Below are positions 22,179-30,577 of a stretch of 40,686 nucleotides of DNA, one piece after another. Position numbers and translations under genes: made by a program. The notes under the pieces are model-generated. The model was given only the letters and a program-made list of their open reading frames with translations, did not search any database and was not told the origin of the DNA. Numbering within the stretch: position 1 is the stretch's first letter; every line of letters starts with the position of its first letter. The DNA lies in the IMG/VR virus record IMGVR_UViG_3300005534_000007; one strand, written 5' to 3'. The stretch is from a virus.

Positions 22179-22907
22179 ATGTCAATTTTACCAGATAATT
22201 TTAATCCACCAAAAAAATACAGTCCCTACATGAAATTTGAAGAGGGAGAAAATAAATTCCGTATTCTAAGTAAGCTAGTTAATGGCTGGGAAGAATGGAT
22301 AAACAAAAAGCCAATTCGTTATAGTACCGAGGAAGATCATCCAGAAGAAAGCTCATATTTTGTAGCGATGATTGTCTGGAATTATCAAACAGAAAAGATA
22401 GAAATTCTCCAGATTAAGCAGGTAAGTATTTGGAGAACCATTACAGAATTCCCTAACGCTGCTAAACATGATATAAATGTCATGAGAGCTGGAGAAGGGC
22501 AGTCGACAAAATATGGTGTTTTCAAATCGAAGGAAAGCCCTTTATCTGATCATATAAAAGATGCATTCTATAAAAAAAGATGCTCTCTAGAAGCCTTTAT
22601 GCTTTGTGATGATCCTTTTACACCTCAAAATCGATCATGTAATTGGACTGCTCCAATTTTTGAACAAGCTACTGATTCAAAAGAATCTGTTCCCTCTCTC
22701 TGCAATCCCCTTGAGGAGCTTCGTGAACATCTGGCAATTGATGGACTGAACGTAGATTATCTGTTAGATTACGTGACTGACTTCAGTAAGCATAAAAATT
22801 ATAGTGTAGAGAAAACAGCAGAATATCTACTTACTATCTTGGACTCATTCAAGGACGCATATAAAAAGCACCTCACTACGCGCTTTCCTGCTGAGCAATC
22901 TGCGTAG
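22179..22907 (+). CDS. Putative ssDNA-binding protein (gp32-like OB-fold pattern)
   Basis: 242 aa. GENKFRILSK...YFVAMIVWNYQTEKIEILQIKQVSIWRTI...MRAGEGQSTKYGV parallels the T4 gp32 segments AVIRFLPS and YWANILVV...KKIWDKI. Position in the recombination module supports it. Confidence 0.4.
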   Translation: MSILPDNFNPPKKYSPYMKFEEGENKFRILSKLVNGWEEWINKKPIRYSTEEDHPEESSYFVAMIVWNYQTEKIEILQIKQVSIWRTITEFPNAAKHDINVMRAGEGQSTKYGVFKSKESPLSDHIKDAFYKKRCSLEAFMLCDDPFTPQNRSCNWTAPIFEQATDSKESVPSLCNPLEELREHLAIDGLNVDYLLDYVTDFSKHKNYSVEKTAEYLLTILDSFKDAYKKHLTTRFPAEQSA

Positions 22908-23265
22908 AGCTTCTCTCGCGCCTCTTGCGCCAGTTTTCCTTCATTGTCGTGGCCATGCGCGCTCTCTCCTCTGGGGTGCGCTTGCGGCCAGGTCTGGCCG
23001 TGGTCCTGTCCCGTCCCATTTCGGCGCGTAGGGCCTTGATTTCCGTCTGCATGTAGCCCATCAGCTCAAATAGGTGACCAAGGCGATTGGAGATATCCAC
23101 TAGGTCTTTTGTCAAAGACACGACCAGCGGTTCGACTAGCCTTTCATGCTGCATGAATACGTCTTTTGTATTGCGCACGATGGCGCGCTCTGTCATTTCG
23201 ATATGGGAGTCTACCTGCGTAAGCTTCTTCTCGATTGACTCTAGGCTCTTCAGTGGGTTTATCAT
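22876..23265 (-). CDS. Coiled-coil protein with basic C-terminal tail
   Basis: 129 aa with C-terminus GRPGRKRTPEERARMATTMKENWRKRRE. Its 3' end overlaps the convergent plus-strand ORF by 32 nt. Confidence 0.5.
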   Translation of the reverse strand: MINPLKSLESIEKKLTQVDSHIEMTERAIVRNTKDVFMQHERLVEPLVVSLTKDLVDISNRLGHLFELMGYMQTEIKALRAEMGRDRTTARPGRKRTPEERARMATTMKENWRKRRERSSTQIAQQESA

Positions 23266-23699
23266 TTGCGTTTCTCCATCCGATTGTCTTTATCATCGAC
23301 GAGGTATGAGGGTATCTCTACTGACTTAGGCGCTTTGTCAAAGTCGATGAGCATTTGGATTTCCTCTTTCTGCTTCTGAGACTTGAGGCGCGCTCTCGTT
23401 ATTTTTGCCATGGTGCCCTTCAAGTTCTTGGTTCTGTGGCTCCAATAGAGGTACTCTATATTCACCTTTTTGACCATGTGGTCGATGAACTGCGCCTCTA
23501 TCTCATCCAAAAATCCCTGTTTCATGCAGATTTTGATGAGGGCGAGCTGCTTATTGAAGAGTTTGCATTCTTTTATGCGGTCGTAATCGACGCATTCGCC
23601 GTAATTCTCGAGTGCTCGCACTTTTTTATGCTGCAAAAAAAGATTCTTGAACTTTTCTTTAAGAACGTCAGCTGATTCGAAAATATGTTGTTGATTCAT
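23262..23699 (-). CDS. Hypothetical protein
   Basis: 145 aa from ATG 23699, with AAGGAG 6 nt upstream. The track start at 23723 is a TTG. Confidence 0.5.
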   Translation of the reverse strand: MNQQHIFESADVLKEKFKNLFLQHKKVRALENYGECVDYDRIKECKLFNKQLALIKICMKQGFLDEIEAQFIDHMVKKVNIEYLYWSHRTKNLKGTMAKITRARLKSQKQKEEIQMLIDFDKAPKSVEIPSYLVDDKDNRMEKRK

Positions 23700-23838
23700 A
23701 AGGATCTCCTTTTCTCCTGTCAAATATCCTGTGGTCGCGAAAATTAAGACATTGTTAACAAGGAATGGCTTTTTCGATCAAGGGGAAAAGATTTAGATGG
23801 AAAAAAAGAAGCCGGAGAGTATCTTCTGAAATAAAAAA

Positions 23839-23976
23839 GGGCCCGCGCACAAACACGAGCCACCACAAAAAAGAACTAAAGACTTACCAGTATGAAGTGG
23901 TAATGCCCTGATGATACAATATCATGGGATTAACACAACATAAAAAAGTGGTGGTTTCGAAAATTGTGCGCGGTCC
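23839..23976. other. Nested multi-stem element (candidate structured leader, ncRNA or origin-associated cruciform)
   Basis: Outer stem is 23843-52 / 23964-73 (10 bp). Coaxial stem is 23860-66 / 23948-54 (7 bp). Inner hairpins are TTACCA/TGGTAA (23884-903) and CCC..ATGATA/TATCAT..GGG (23906-28). Confidence 0.45.
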
Positions 23977-23998
23977 TTGAATAAAACAAGGATTACTC

Positions 23999-24922
23999 AT
24001 GCCAAAACCGTTACAAATATCGCCAGAACTTTTAGAAGAAGCCATGAGGGAAGAAAGATCCCCTCGTCAATCTTTCGATACAGTCATTCCAGGACATGTA
24101 CATTTATTTCCCAGAAGCAAATTAAGCAATAGTGCTAAGAATTTTTATGGAGTTCTTAGAAAACATACGGAGGCCAAAGGATATTGCTGGGCTACCAATG
24201 GCTATTTTGCTGATTTGATGGGAGTAGATGAGCGCACAATTCAAAGATGGCTTGCTCAACTTGAAAAATGTCGTATAATTATTAAAGATCAGTATATCAA
24301 TAACCATCAACACTTTAGGCGTTTATGGATGGCTGAAATTAAAATAATGTTTAATCACGACAAAAATGTCAGGGGGGGACGACAAAAATGTCACCCAGAA
24401 GAAGAGAATAGAAATAGAGATATATCCCCTATAGTCCCCAAGGAGGACTCTCCTCCTAAACGGAAACGAAAGATTGAAGACAAGGAACAAGTTGCAGCTG
24501 AAGTCTGGCTAACTCCAAAGCAACAAGTCGATCTTCTAGCGAGGTGCTCAGGAAAGGATGAAAAGCTCAAATCCTGCTATCTGAAGCTCTCAGCATGGAA
24601 AATCGGCAAGCAAATCACAGGCGGTAATGATTACAAGGGCATCATAAATTGGGTAATAAAAGCTGTTGAAGAAGAACAATCTAAGCCAAAACCTCAGGAT
24701 AGAACATCTCAGAATGAAAAATTTGCAAATCTGGTGGAGAAGAAATTCTCAAGCAAAGTCAAGGGATATACCATTTATGTGGGTCCAAAATACCTAGAGT
24801 TTAATAATTACCCTGTTTGCACAGTTATCAATTTTTCAGAATATGGATTTAAAGATCAGGTCATAAGCTTCTTAAGAAAAATTAATGCAGACATACAGGG
24901 GTTAGATGCAGACAATGCCTGA
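23999..24922 (+). CDS. HTH DNA-binding protein; replication initiator or replisome-organizer candidate
   Basis: 307 aa. The winged-helix-like segment YFADLMGVDERTIQRWLAQLEKCRIIIKD, an Lys/Glu-rich linker and its position next to the recombination genes support the call. Confidence 0.45.
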   Translation: MPKPLQISPELLEEAMREERSPRQSFDTVIPGHVHLFPRSKLSNSAKNFYGVLRKHTEAKGYCWATNGYFADLMGVDERTIQRWLAQLEKCRIIIKDQYINNHQHFRRLWMAEIKIMFNHDKNVRGGRQKCHPEEENRNRDISPIVPKEDSPPKRKRKIEDKEQVAAEVWLTPKQQVDLLARCSGKDEKLKSCYLKLSAWKIGKQITGGNDYKGIINWVIKAVEEEQSKPKPQDRTSQNEKFANLVEKKFSSKVKGYTIYVGPKYLEFNNYPVCTVINFSEYGFKDQVISFLRKINADIQGLDADNA

Positions 24923-25071
24923 ATTACTCATTTCCGAGCCCCTTGTAGCCATTTTCTTTTTTATCCTAACCAGAGTATCAAATTACCTTTATTTCGCCTT
25001 AAAATGCGGTTTCTCGTTGTTTTTAGGCCATCGGCGTGATATATGCTAGATTTTAACCAACAAGGATTGAC

Positions 25072-25245
25072 ATGAAGCGTTTTCCATTCATCTTAGCGAC
25101 AATGTTCCTGACCGGCTGTAGTTACAGCCTGACTAACGTCATCACAGAAGGCCAAGCTAGCGACGTAGGCGACGACACCAATACGCCGACGGCGAATGTA
25201 TCGCCGACCGTCACGGTGCCGGTTAGCCCCCTTACTGGGCTATAA
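25072..25245 (+). CDS. Small lipoprotein (57 aa, below track cutoff)
   Basis: Hand translation: MKRFPFILATMFLTGCSYSLTNVITEGQASDVGDDTNTPTANVSPTVTVPVSPLTGL. Canonical lipobox L-T-G-C, with AAGGA 5 nt upstream. Confidence 0.6.
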   Translation: MKRFPFILATMFLTGCSYSLTNVITEGQASDVGDDTNTPTANVSPTVTVPVSPLTGL

Positions 25246-25250
25246 CGCCT

Positions 25251-26084
25251 CTAGTTGATGATCCAATAGTCCACGGTGCTTGTGTCTGTTACCTGATTAG
25301 AGGTGATGATGAAAGAGACACCTGGAACGATGGATGCTCTATCCACATAGTAAGAAGCGGGCAATGTTATCGTCCCTAACGTATGGGTAGCAAAGAAGAA
25401 AAGGGAGCTGGCAGTAACGGCTGTAGTACTCACTGTCACAGTTCCTGCTGTCATTGCCCCGGAAGTTCCCACCGAAGCGTTCGTTCCAGTCTTGATATTC
25501 AACTTGTTGCCAGCAACATCGAGATTGAAATTGCCATTCAGTACGCTATAATTCCCACTCGTGTCTAGGAATGTGCCGTATGTGGGGACAGGAGTGTTGG
25601 CGCCTGGCGCGGCGGGTGCTAGGCCTGGAGCTAAGTTCGGATTTCCGTACCATGAAATATTGAGAGGACCTGTATTGCCGTTCCTATTGCCGACTGTGAC
25701 CTGTAGGTATTGCTGGCCGGTTACATTATCCTGTACTATCGAAAGATTGGAGAAAACGTCTTGATTGAGGAGAGAATTATTATTGAGAACTGTGAGGGAT
25801 GCCGTATTGTCTGAGGAGTGGGCATCGCAGCTGAAGGAGAGGGTATGGTTCCTGCCGGCTCCTGTGAAGCCAAGGAAGAATATACCGCTGATACAGAAGG
25901 CTGCTTGCGTGATTGCCAGGTAATAGACCCCATCAGCTGGGGTGTTGATGTTGGCGAATAGCACCCCGTTGAAGACGTTGAATACTGGCATCCCAGTCTG
26001 ACCGGTGATGGCAGATAGGGGGACGAGGGGATTGTTCTGCGTCGTAGCTGGTGACCCTGTGGGGCTAGATCCTGTATAAGCCAT
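25251..26084 (-). CDS. Tail fibre/receptor-binding protein (C-terminal domain shared with the 589-aa spike)
   Basis: 277 aa. The C-terminus ...VPGVSFIITSNQVTDTSTVDYWIIN parallels ...AGTSFQITSTNASDDNAVNWIIFN of ORF 28152..29921. Confidence 0.65.
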   Translation of the reverse strand: MAYTGSSPTGSPATTQNNPLVPLSAITGQTGMPVFNVFNGVLFANINTPADGVYYLAITQAAFCISGIFFLGFTGAGRNHTLSFSCDAHSSDNTASLTVLNNNSLLNQDVFSNLSIVQDNVTGQQYLQVTVGNRNGNTGPLNISWYGNPNLAPGLAPAAPGANTPVPTYGTFLDTSGNYSVLNGNFNLDVAGNKLNIKTGTNASVGTSGAMTAGTVTVSTTAVTASSLFFFATHTLGTITLPASYYVDRASIVPGVSFIITSNQVTDTSTVDYWIIN

Positions 26085-26884
26085 TAGAAAACCTCATAAC
26101 CTACGTTATTGAAAATCACATTCATAGCTGCATAAGGATTGCGTATGAAGAAGCTAGTGGCGCCATCTATTGTGACTACTCCACCCACTGTCGTTACCGT
26201 TATCGGGTTACTCGCGGAGCCACCATCGGAATCTTTTATTGTGAATGTTGTACCGACCTTCGGGGCATTCGGTAGGAGGATAGTGATAGACCCTGTAGTT
26301 GCTAGACAGCCTAGATATTGATCAGTGCCAAGGACGGTGTATGGCGACATGGCGTGATCAACTTGCGTGTAATTTACGATAGTCGTTCCAGTTGTCGAGA
26401 TTGCTATAAATCCTGGCGCATTAGTTATCGATATGCCGTCCCCAGCAGTTAGATTTGCGGCAACTGGCGTTACTCCCACAGAGCCTATAAAAAGCTGACC
26501 ATTACCGATAGGGACGAGAGAGGCCGTAAGAGTGCTGGTACCGGGGTTGCCGGCCACAGTGATGGTAGATGCATCGCCCACGGTGTTGATATTTCCAGCT
26601 GTGGGAAACACTTCTCCTCCGGTGTTGCCCGTTAACCCACTGACATTCAGTGTTCCCGATGTTATATTGATCCATATGGCCTGAAGAATACCCCCTGAAG
26701 AGGTGAAAGAATTGAGATACCAGAGGTCCATTCCCGAAGTGTTTTGCCAAAACTGCCCGATCGGATAATCCACGTCATTGACTGTAGGATCACGCCTGGA
26801 GAGAAAGGTATTGCCGGTCCTCGTCGTTCCAGCAAACTGCGCATAGGCCTTCTGAGTCGGCTGGAATGTGTTTTGCGTGGACAT
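26084..26884 (-). CDS. Tail fibre protein (third member sharing the N-terminal anchor domain)
   Basis: 266 aa. RRDPTVNDVDYPIGQFWQNTSGMDLWYLNSF parallels VRNPSTSDINYPIGKRWVNTIANSTYALTSF. It has a distinct C-terminal domain (TFTIKDSDGGSASNPITV). Confidence 0.65.
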   Translation of the reverse strand: MSTQNTFQPTQKAYAQFAGTTRTGNTFLSRRDPTVNDVDYPIGQFWQNTSGMDLWYLNSFTSSGGILQAIWINITSGTLNVSGLTGNTGGEVFPTAGNINTVGDASTITVAGNPGTSTLTASLVPIGNGQLFIGSVGVTPVAANLTAGDGISITNAPGFIAISTTGTTIVNYTQVDHAMSPYTVLGTDQYLGCLATTGSITILLPNAPKVGTTFTIKDSDGGSASNPITVTTVGGVVTIDGATSFFIRNPYAAMNVIFNNVGYEVF

Positions 26885-26893
26885 ATTTCTCCT

Positions 26894-27229
26894 CTAAGCT
26901 ACCTTAGATGCGAAGGCACCCACATATACAGATCCTTGGGTTGGAGCTGTGCCGCTCTGTTTAGCATATACAGGACCTGGGGGTAAAATTATGCCGTTGG
27001 AGCGGAAATTGAAAATCACGTAGACGGGGAAGCTACTTTCATTTGCCAAGAAAAGATGATCCGTTATCCCATCGAATGAGATCAGAATATTGCCATCAGT
27101 CGTGTTAGTGAACTTGATAATGTCTAACTCTGATGCGAACGTACCTATCAATGTGTAGCCAGTCCCCACTGACGTTCCAGCCAGGCTAATCTGGGGCAGT
27201 GGTATAGCTGTCGAAAGGGGGAATGTCAT
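26894..27229 (-). CDS. Small fibre-associated protein (assembly factor or distal subunit?)
   Basis: 111-aa ORF embedded between fibre genes on the same strand. Confidence 0.45.
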   Translation of the reverse strand: MTFPLSTAIPLPQISLAGTSVGTGYTLIGTFASELDIIKFTNTTDGNILISFDGITDHLFLANESSFPVYVIFNFRSNGIILPPGPVYAKQSGTAPTQGSVYVGAFASKVA

Positions 27230-27239
27230 ATCTCTTTCC

Positions 27240-28142
27240 TTAGTTTAGAACTGTTCCGATTAGTGTTATGTTGGCAGTCGATGTAGTTGCCCCTGTTCCG
27301 TTTGTAACGGTGACGGTGGACTGATTGAGGGCATTGACTACGCTTTCGATTGTCAGAGCGGCTCCAGCTGTCGCACCAACCAATGTATATTGGATAAGCG
27401 TGGAGGCTCCCGCAATTGACGTATTCGATACTACAAGAGCCGTATCCGCACCAGCTGCGATGCTAACGCCTGTGAATGTGGCGGCAAAGACGCGTCCGTT
27501 TGTTGTCACAGGTGTTGCACCACTTGCTGTGACCGGAGTGAATACGACGCCAGTACCAGCAGTGGAGGCAACGAAGTTGCCATCCGTTGCCGTGATGTTA
27601 CCAAGGGTTGCAGAGATGTTAGTTGCTGAGTTGATACTACCCGCAACAGTCGTGATATTCCCGGCTGTTACACTGATACCACCCGCTGTAACGGTCAGGC
27701 CACCAGAAGTCACTGTGAGGCCGGTACCGGCTGTCATCGTGGTCGTGGAGGCGATGGAGCCAGGAGCAATGAATGTAGCCGGTACAGAAAAAGTCACCGT
27801 AGAACCAGAAGCCGCTGTCGTGATCTGATTAGCTGTTCCATGCAGAGCAATATTTCCGGCTGTGGGAACTGCTGTTCCTGTATCACCACTCAAAGTAGCA
27901 AGTGCAGAGCTTCCGCCACCTTCTGCCACCCATGTTGCACTCGTAACACCGCCCGTCGCGCTAAAGGAGGTTAGTGACCAGGTCGAATTAGCCACTGAGT
28001 TGACCCATCTTTTTCCTACCGGATATTGGATGTCGGACGTCGATGGGTTCCTCACATCGAGGTGGGGTGTCTGTACATTTAGTGGAGATGAGCCAAACCC
28101 CTGAGTGTAGGTCATCGCATTTGGTTGTTGAGGTGTTGCCAT
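27240..28142 (-). CDS. Tail fibre protein with heptad beta-repeat shaft
   Basis: 300 aa. The N-terminal ~60 aa are about four-fifths identical to the 589-aa protein by hand alignment. The shaft reads GLTVTSG GLTVTAG GISVTAG NITTVAG. Confidence 0.7.
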   Translation of the reverse strand: MATPQQPNAMTYTQGFGSSPLNVQTPHLDVRNPSTSDIQYPVGKRWVNSVANSTWSLTSFSATGGVTSATWVAEGGGSSALATLSGDTGTAVPTAGNIALHGTANQITTAASGSTVTFSVPATFIAPGSIASTTTMTAGTGLTVTSGGLTVTAGGISVTAGNITTVAGSINSATNISATLGNITATDGNFVASTAGTGVVFTPVTASGATPVTTNGRVFAATFTGVSIAAGADTALVVSNTSIAGASTLIQYTLVGATAGAALTIESVVNALNQSTVTVTNGTGATTSTANITLIGTVLN

Positions 28143-28151
28143 ATCTATCCT

Positions 28152-29921
28152 TTAGTTAAAAATTATCCAGTTTACGGCGTTGTCATCGCTTGCGTTTGTG
28201 GATGTAATCTGAAAGCTCGTCCCTGCAATTATGTTGTGGTAGCTAAGGCTACCGGAGTTGGCTAGGGTTCCGATGTATGTGAGAAATATCTTGGAGTTGT
28301 TGGTGACATTCGCCGTATTGACAGTCACTGATCCAGAAGATAAGAAAATTGTTCCAAGGCTTACGGGATCTCCAGAGAGACCAGTACCCACATTCAATGT
28401 GCCACCGGCTGGGACTGTCCACCCTCCCGATAAGTTCGACATAGAAGCAACGAGTAATCCTGATGCCCCGGGTATGCTTACAGATCCAGATCCTGTAGAA
28501 ATAAGTTGTATCTGAGAGTTGGCAGCCGTAGTTGTTAGATTTAGACCGACAGCATCTGTCGTGATCTGGCCAGTTACATTGCCACCAACGCCACCAATAG
28601 CAGTGAAGTTATTGTTGGCATCAATAACGACGCCGGTGTCCTTAAGCGTATTACCTCCCGTACCATTGAATGTGGGAACTGTGTTGTTGACGGAAGACGC
28701 AGGACCTGCAACACATCCCTTCGGCGTGACAAGTACGATAGAGGTGATAGTTCCAGAGATTGCGGTATTGGAAGGGAAGCTTACGGTATCGAGAGTGAGA
28801 GTTGCAGACGTAGATCCTGAAATCGCCGGATTATTCGGGCAATCAATAGTTGTATGCTCGATAAGGAAAGGTACTGAACTCGTGTAGACTATAGCCGATA
28901 ACCCATTTGTATTTAGGAAATTACATCCTGATACTATCGCGGCAGCTGTAGTCTGAACGGTCAAGGTAGCCGGGGTCGAGCATCCTTGCATATATAGAGA
29001 TCCACTCACAGCGACTATGGAACATGCAATTATCGAGTTGATGATAGTCACCGATCCTTCAGAGGTCATGGCACCAGTTGCGGGGCCAGCACCGATCACG
29101 GAGTTGGTTATATTCACAGCAGCCGGAGGAGAACCTCCCGTTATGTTCAAGATGCCGTTGGTCGTGCTTCCCACATCGAAACAGTTGTTGATGTAGAATC
29201 CGCCCGTCCAGCTGAAGGCAGTCACAACATAGCCATTGACGATTTCCCATAGGCAACCATTGAGAAACAGATTCACGGAAGAGGAAGATACGCCGAATAG
29301 GCTGCCAGAATTGACCGTGAAGTTGATGTTTCTAACGTTTATTGTACCGGTGCCACTGATCCCGTGATTGCCCACAACGATGACGTTAAGCGAGTTACCA
29401 ACTAGACTAATGCCTCCGGGAATCGATAGATTTTCTGTGTAAACTCCATCCTGAATGTAGACAGTAGCGTTTGGGGTAGCAGCATTGATCGCCGACTGTA
29501 TGGTCTGATATCCAGCTTTGCCAGCAGGTCCTACTACAAACGGAGTCACGGGGAAGCCACCGGCTGTAGCTGTTATGGTAAGAGTCGATCCTGATCCTGA
29601 TGTCGTGATTGTATTAGTACCTAGCACGTTGATATTTCCGGCCGTCGGCACGACAGCCGGACCAGTATTGCCGGTTAAAGTTTGGACCGCTACACTGGGG
29701 CCACCTTCAGCTACCCAATTGGCTGTCGTTTGGCCACTTACATTACTAAAAGAGGTGAGGGCATAAGTAGAATTTGCAATGGTGTTTACCCATCTCTTGC
29801 CAATTGGGTAGTTGATATCAGAAGTAGAAGGGTTTCTTACATCTAGATGAGGCGTTTGAACATTGAGAGGAGAAGCGCCAAATCCTGATGTGTAAGCCTG
29901 TACGCCTGGTTGAAAAGCCAT
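28152..29921 (-). CDS. Tailspike with right-handed beta-helix (pectate-lyase-like) domain; depolymerase candidate
   Basis: 589 aa with the shared N-terminal anchor. ATVYIQDGVYTENLSIPGGISLVGN and the following irregular ~22-aa repeats rich in N, G, V and I are typical of a parallel beta-helix. Confidence 0.6.
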   Translation of the reverse strand: MAFQPGVQAYTSGFGASPLNVQTPHLDVRNPSTSDINYPIGKRWVNTIANSTYALTSFSNVSGQTTANWVAEGGPSVAVQTLTGNTGPAVVPTAGNINVLGTNTITTSGSGSTLTITATAGGFPVTPFVVGPAGKAGYQTIQSAINAATPNATVYIQDGVYTENLSIPGGISLVGNSLNVIVVGNHGISGTGTINVRNINFTVNSGSLFGVSSSSVNLFLNGCLWEIVNGYVVTAFSWTGGFYINNCFDVGSTTNGILNITGGSPPAAVNITNSVIGAGPATGAMTSEGSVTIINSIIACSIVAVSGSLYMQGCSTPATLTVQTTAAAIVSGCNFLNTNGLSAIVYTSSVPFLIEHTTIDCPNNPAISGSTSATLTLDTVSFPSNTAISGTITSIVLVTPKGCVAGPASSVNNTVPTFNGTGGNTLKDTGVVIDANNNFTAIGGVGGNVTGQITTDAVGLNLTTTAANSQIQLISTGSGSVSIPGASGLLVASMSNLSGGWTVPAGGTLNVGTGLSGDPVSLGTIFLSSGSVTVNTANVTNNSKIFLTYIGTLANSGSLSYHNIIAGTSFQITSTNASDDNAVNWIIFN

Positions 29922-30028
29922 CGATAACCTTGGTTGCTATTGATGCCAATATATATAATTAAATATTTAATTTGAATATGCGTGAAAAAATTACTGTGTA
30001 AAATGTCACATGTTGTAAAAATAGGACC

Positions 30029-30229
30029 ATGGAAGAGAAAATAGTTAGGTTCAGAATCCCTCCTCAGCTATACAAACGTTACAAAGTCGTCTGCGTAAAG
30101 AAAGATCTTTCTATGCCAAAGCAGACGGCAGCATTGATACGCCAGTTTGTAGAAATATTAGAGGAAGAGATACGGGTGAAAGAACAACTTACATGGAACC
30201 CAAAGAATAATCAGAGACAAGCTGATTGA
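30029..30229 (+). CDS. Ribbon-helix-helix (Arc/CopG-like) DNA-binding protein
   Basis: 66 aa. KIVRFRIPPQLYKRYKVVCVKKDLSMPKQTAALIRQFVEIL fits a beta-strand followed by two helices. Confidence 0.6.
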   Translation: MEEKIVRFRIPPQLYKRYKVVCVKKDLSMPKQTAALIRQFVEILEEEIRVKEQLTWNPKNNQRQAD

Positions 30230-30236
30230 TTCAAAT
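30219..30236. repeat. 18-bp direct repeat (left copy) overlapping the RHH stop codon
   Basis: aagctgattgattcaaat is identical to 30806..30823. Confidence 0.9.
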
Positions 30237-30280
30237 ACGATTAAATTTTATAATGTTCAAAAAAAAATTAGGTTAATGAA

Positions 30281-30577
30281 ATGGGAATAGAAAATGGAAA
30301 ATTTGTGATAGCAAGAACCTACTCAGCTGGAGTTTTTGCAGGTATTCTAGAATCCAGGAATGGAAAAGAAGTTACACTGAAAGATGCTAGACGTATATGG
30401 TACTGGGCTGGGGCAGCTTCTTTATCTCAACTGGCGATGGAAGGAACATCTAAACCTTCAGAGTGTAAATTTCCATGTGCTGTAAACAAAGTCGAACTAT
30501 TAGAGGTCATAGAAATATTGGAATGCACACATACGTCTGAGAAAAGCATTATGGGAGTTCCGGTATGGAACCAATAG
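30281..30577 (+). CDS. Conserved phage protein of unknown function (DUF6948-like by memory)
   Basis: 98 aa. The motif ARTYSAGVFAG...ARRIWYWAGAASLSQLAMEGTSKPSECKF is recalled from many phage and prophage ORFs. Confidence 0.55.
   Translation: MGIENGKFVIARTYSAGVFAGILESRNGKEVTLKDARRIWYWAGAASLSQLAMEGTSKPSECKFPCAVNKVELLEVIEILECTHTSEKSIMGVPVWNQ

Noticed and set aside
23839-23976. tRNA or tmRNA gene
   Set aside because: It has no 7-bp acceptor stem with D- and T-arm geometry and no GTTCGAATC-type T-loop. GGTTTCGAAAA is only a superficial resemblance.
17955-24922. Temperate lifestyle or prophage module
   Set aside because: A Cro-like regulator and excisionase-type HTH domains are present. However, there is no integrase, recombinase, partition system or recognisable CI repressor, so lysogeny cannot be supported from sequence.
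25383-29766. Multiple plus-strand ORFs (60-167 aa) inside the fibre genes, for example 27325..27828, 28519..28887 and 29518..29766
   Set aside because: They are antisense frames of GC-richer, Thr/Gly/Ala/Val-rich fibre genes and are stop-poor by composition. They produce Pro/Val/Ala-rich low-complexity translations and have no start context.
25251-29921. Diversity-generating retroelement targeting the fibre C-termini
   Set aside because: No reverse transcriptase gene exists anywhere in the genome, and no template/variable repeat pair with adenine-specific differences was seen.
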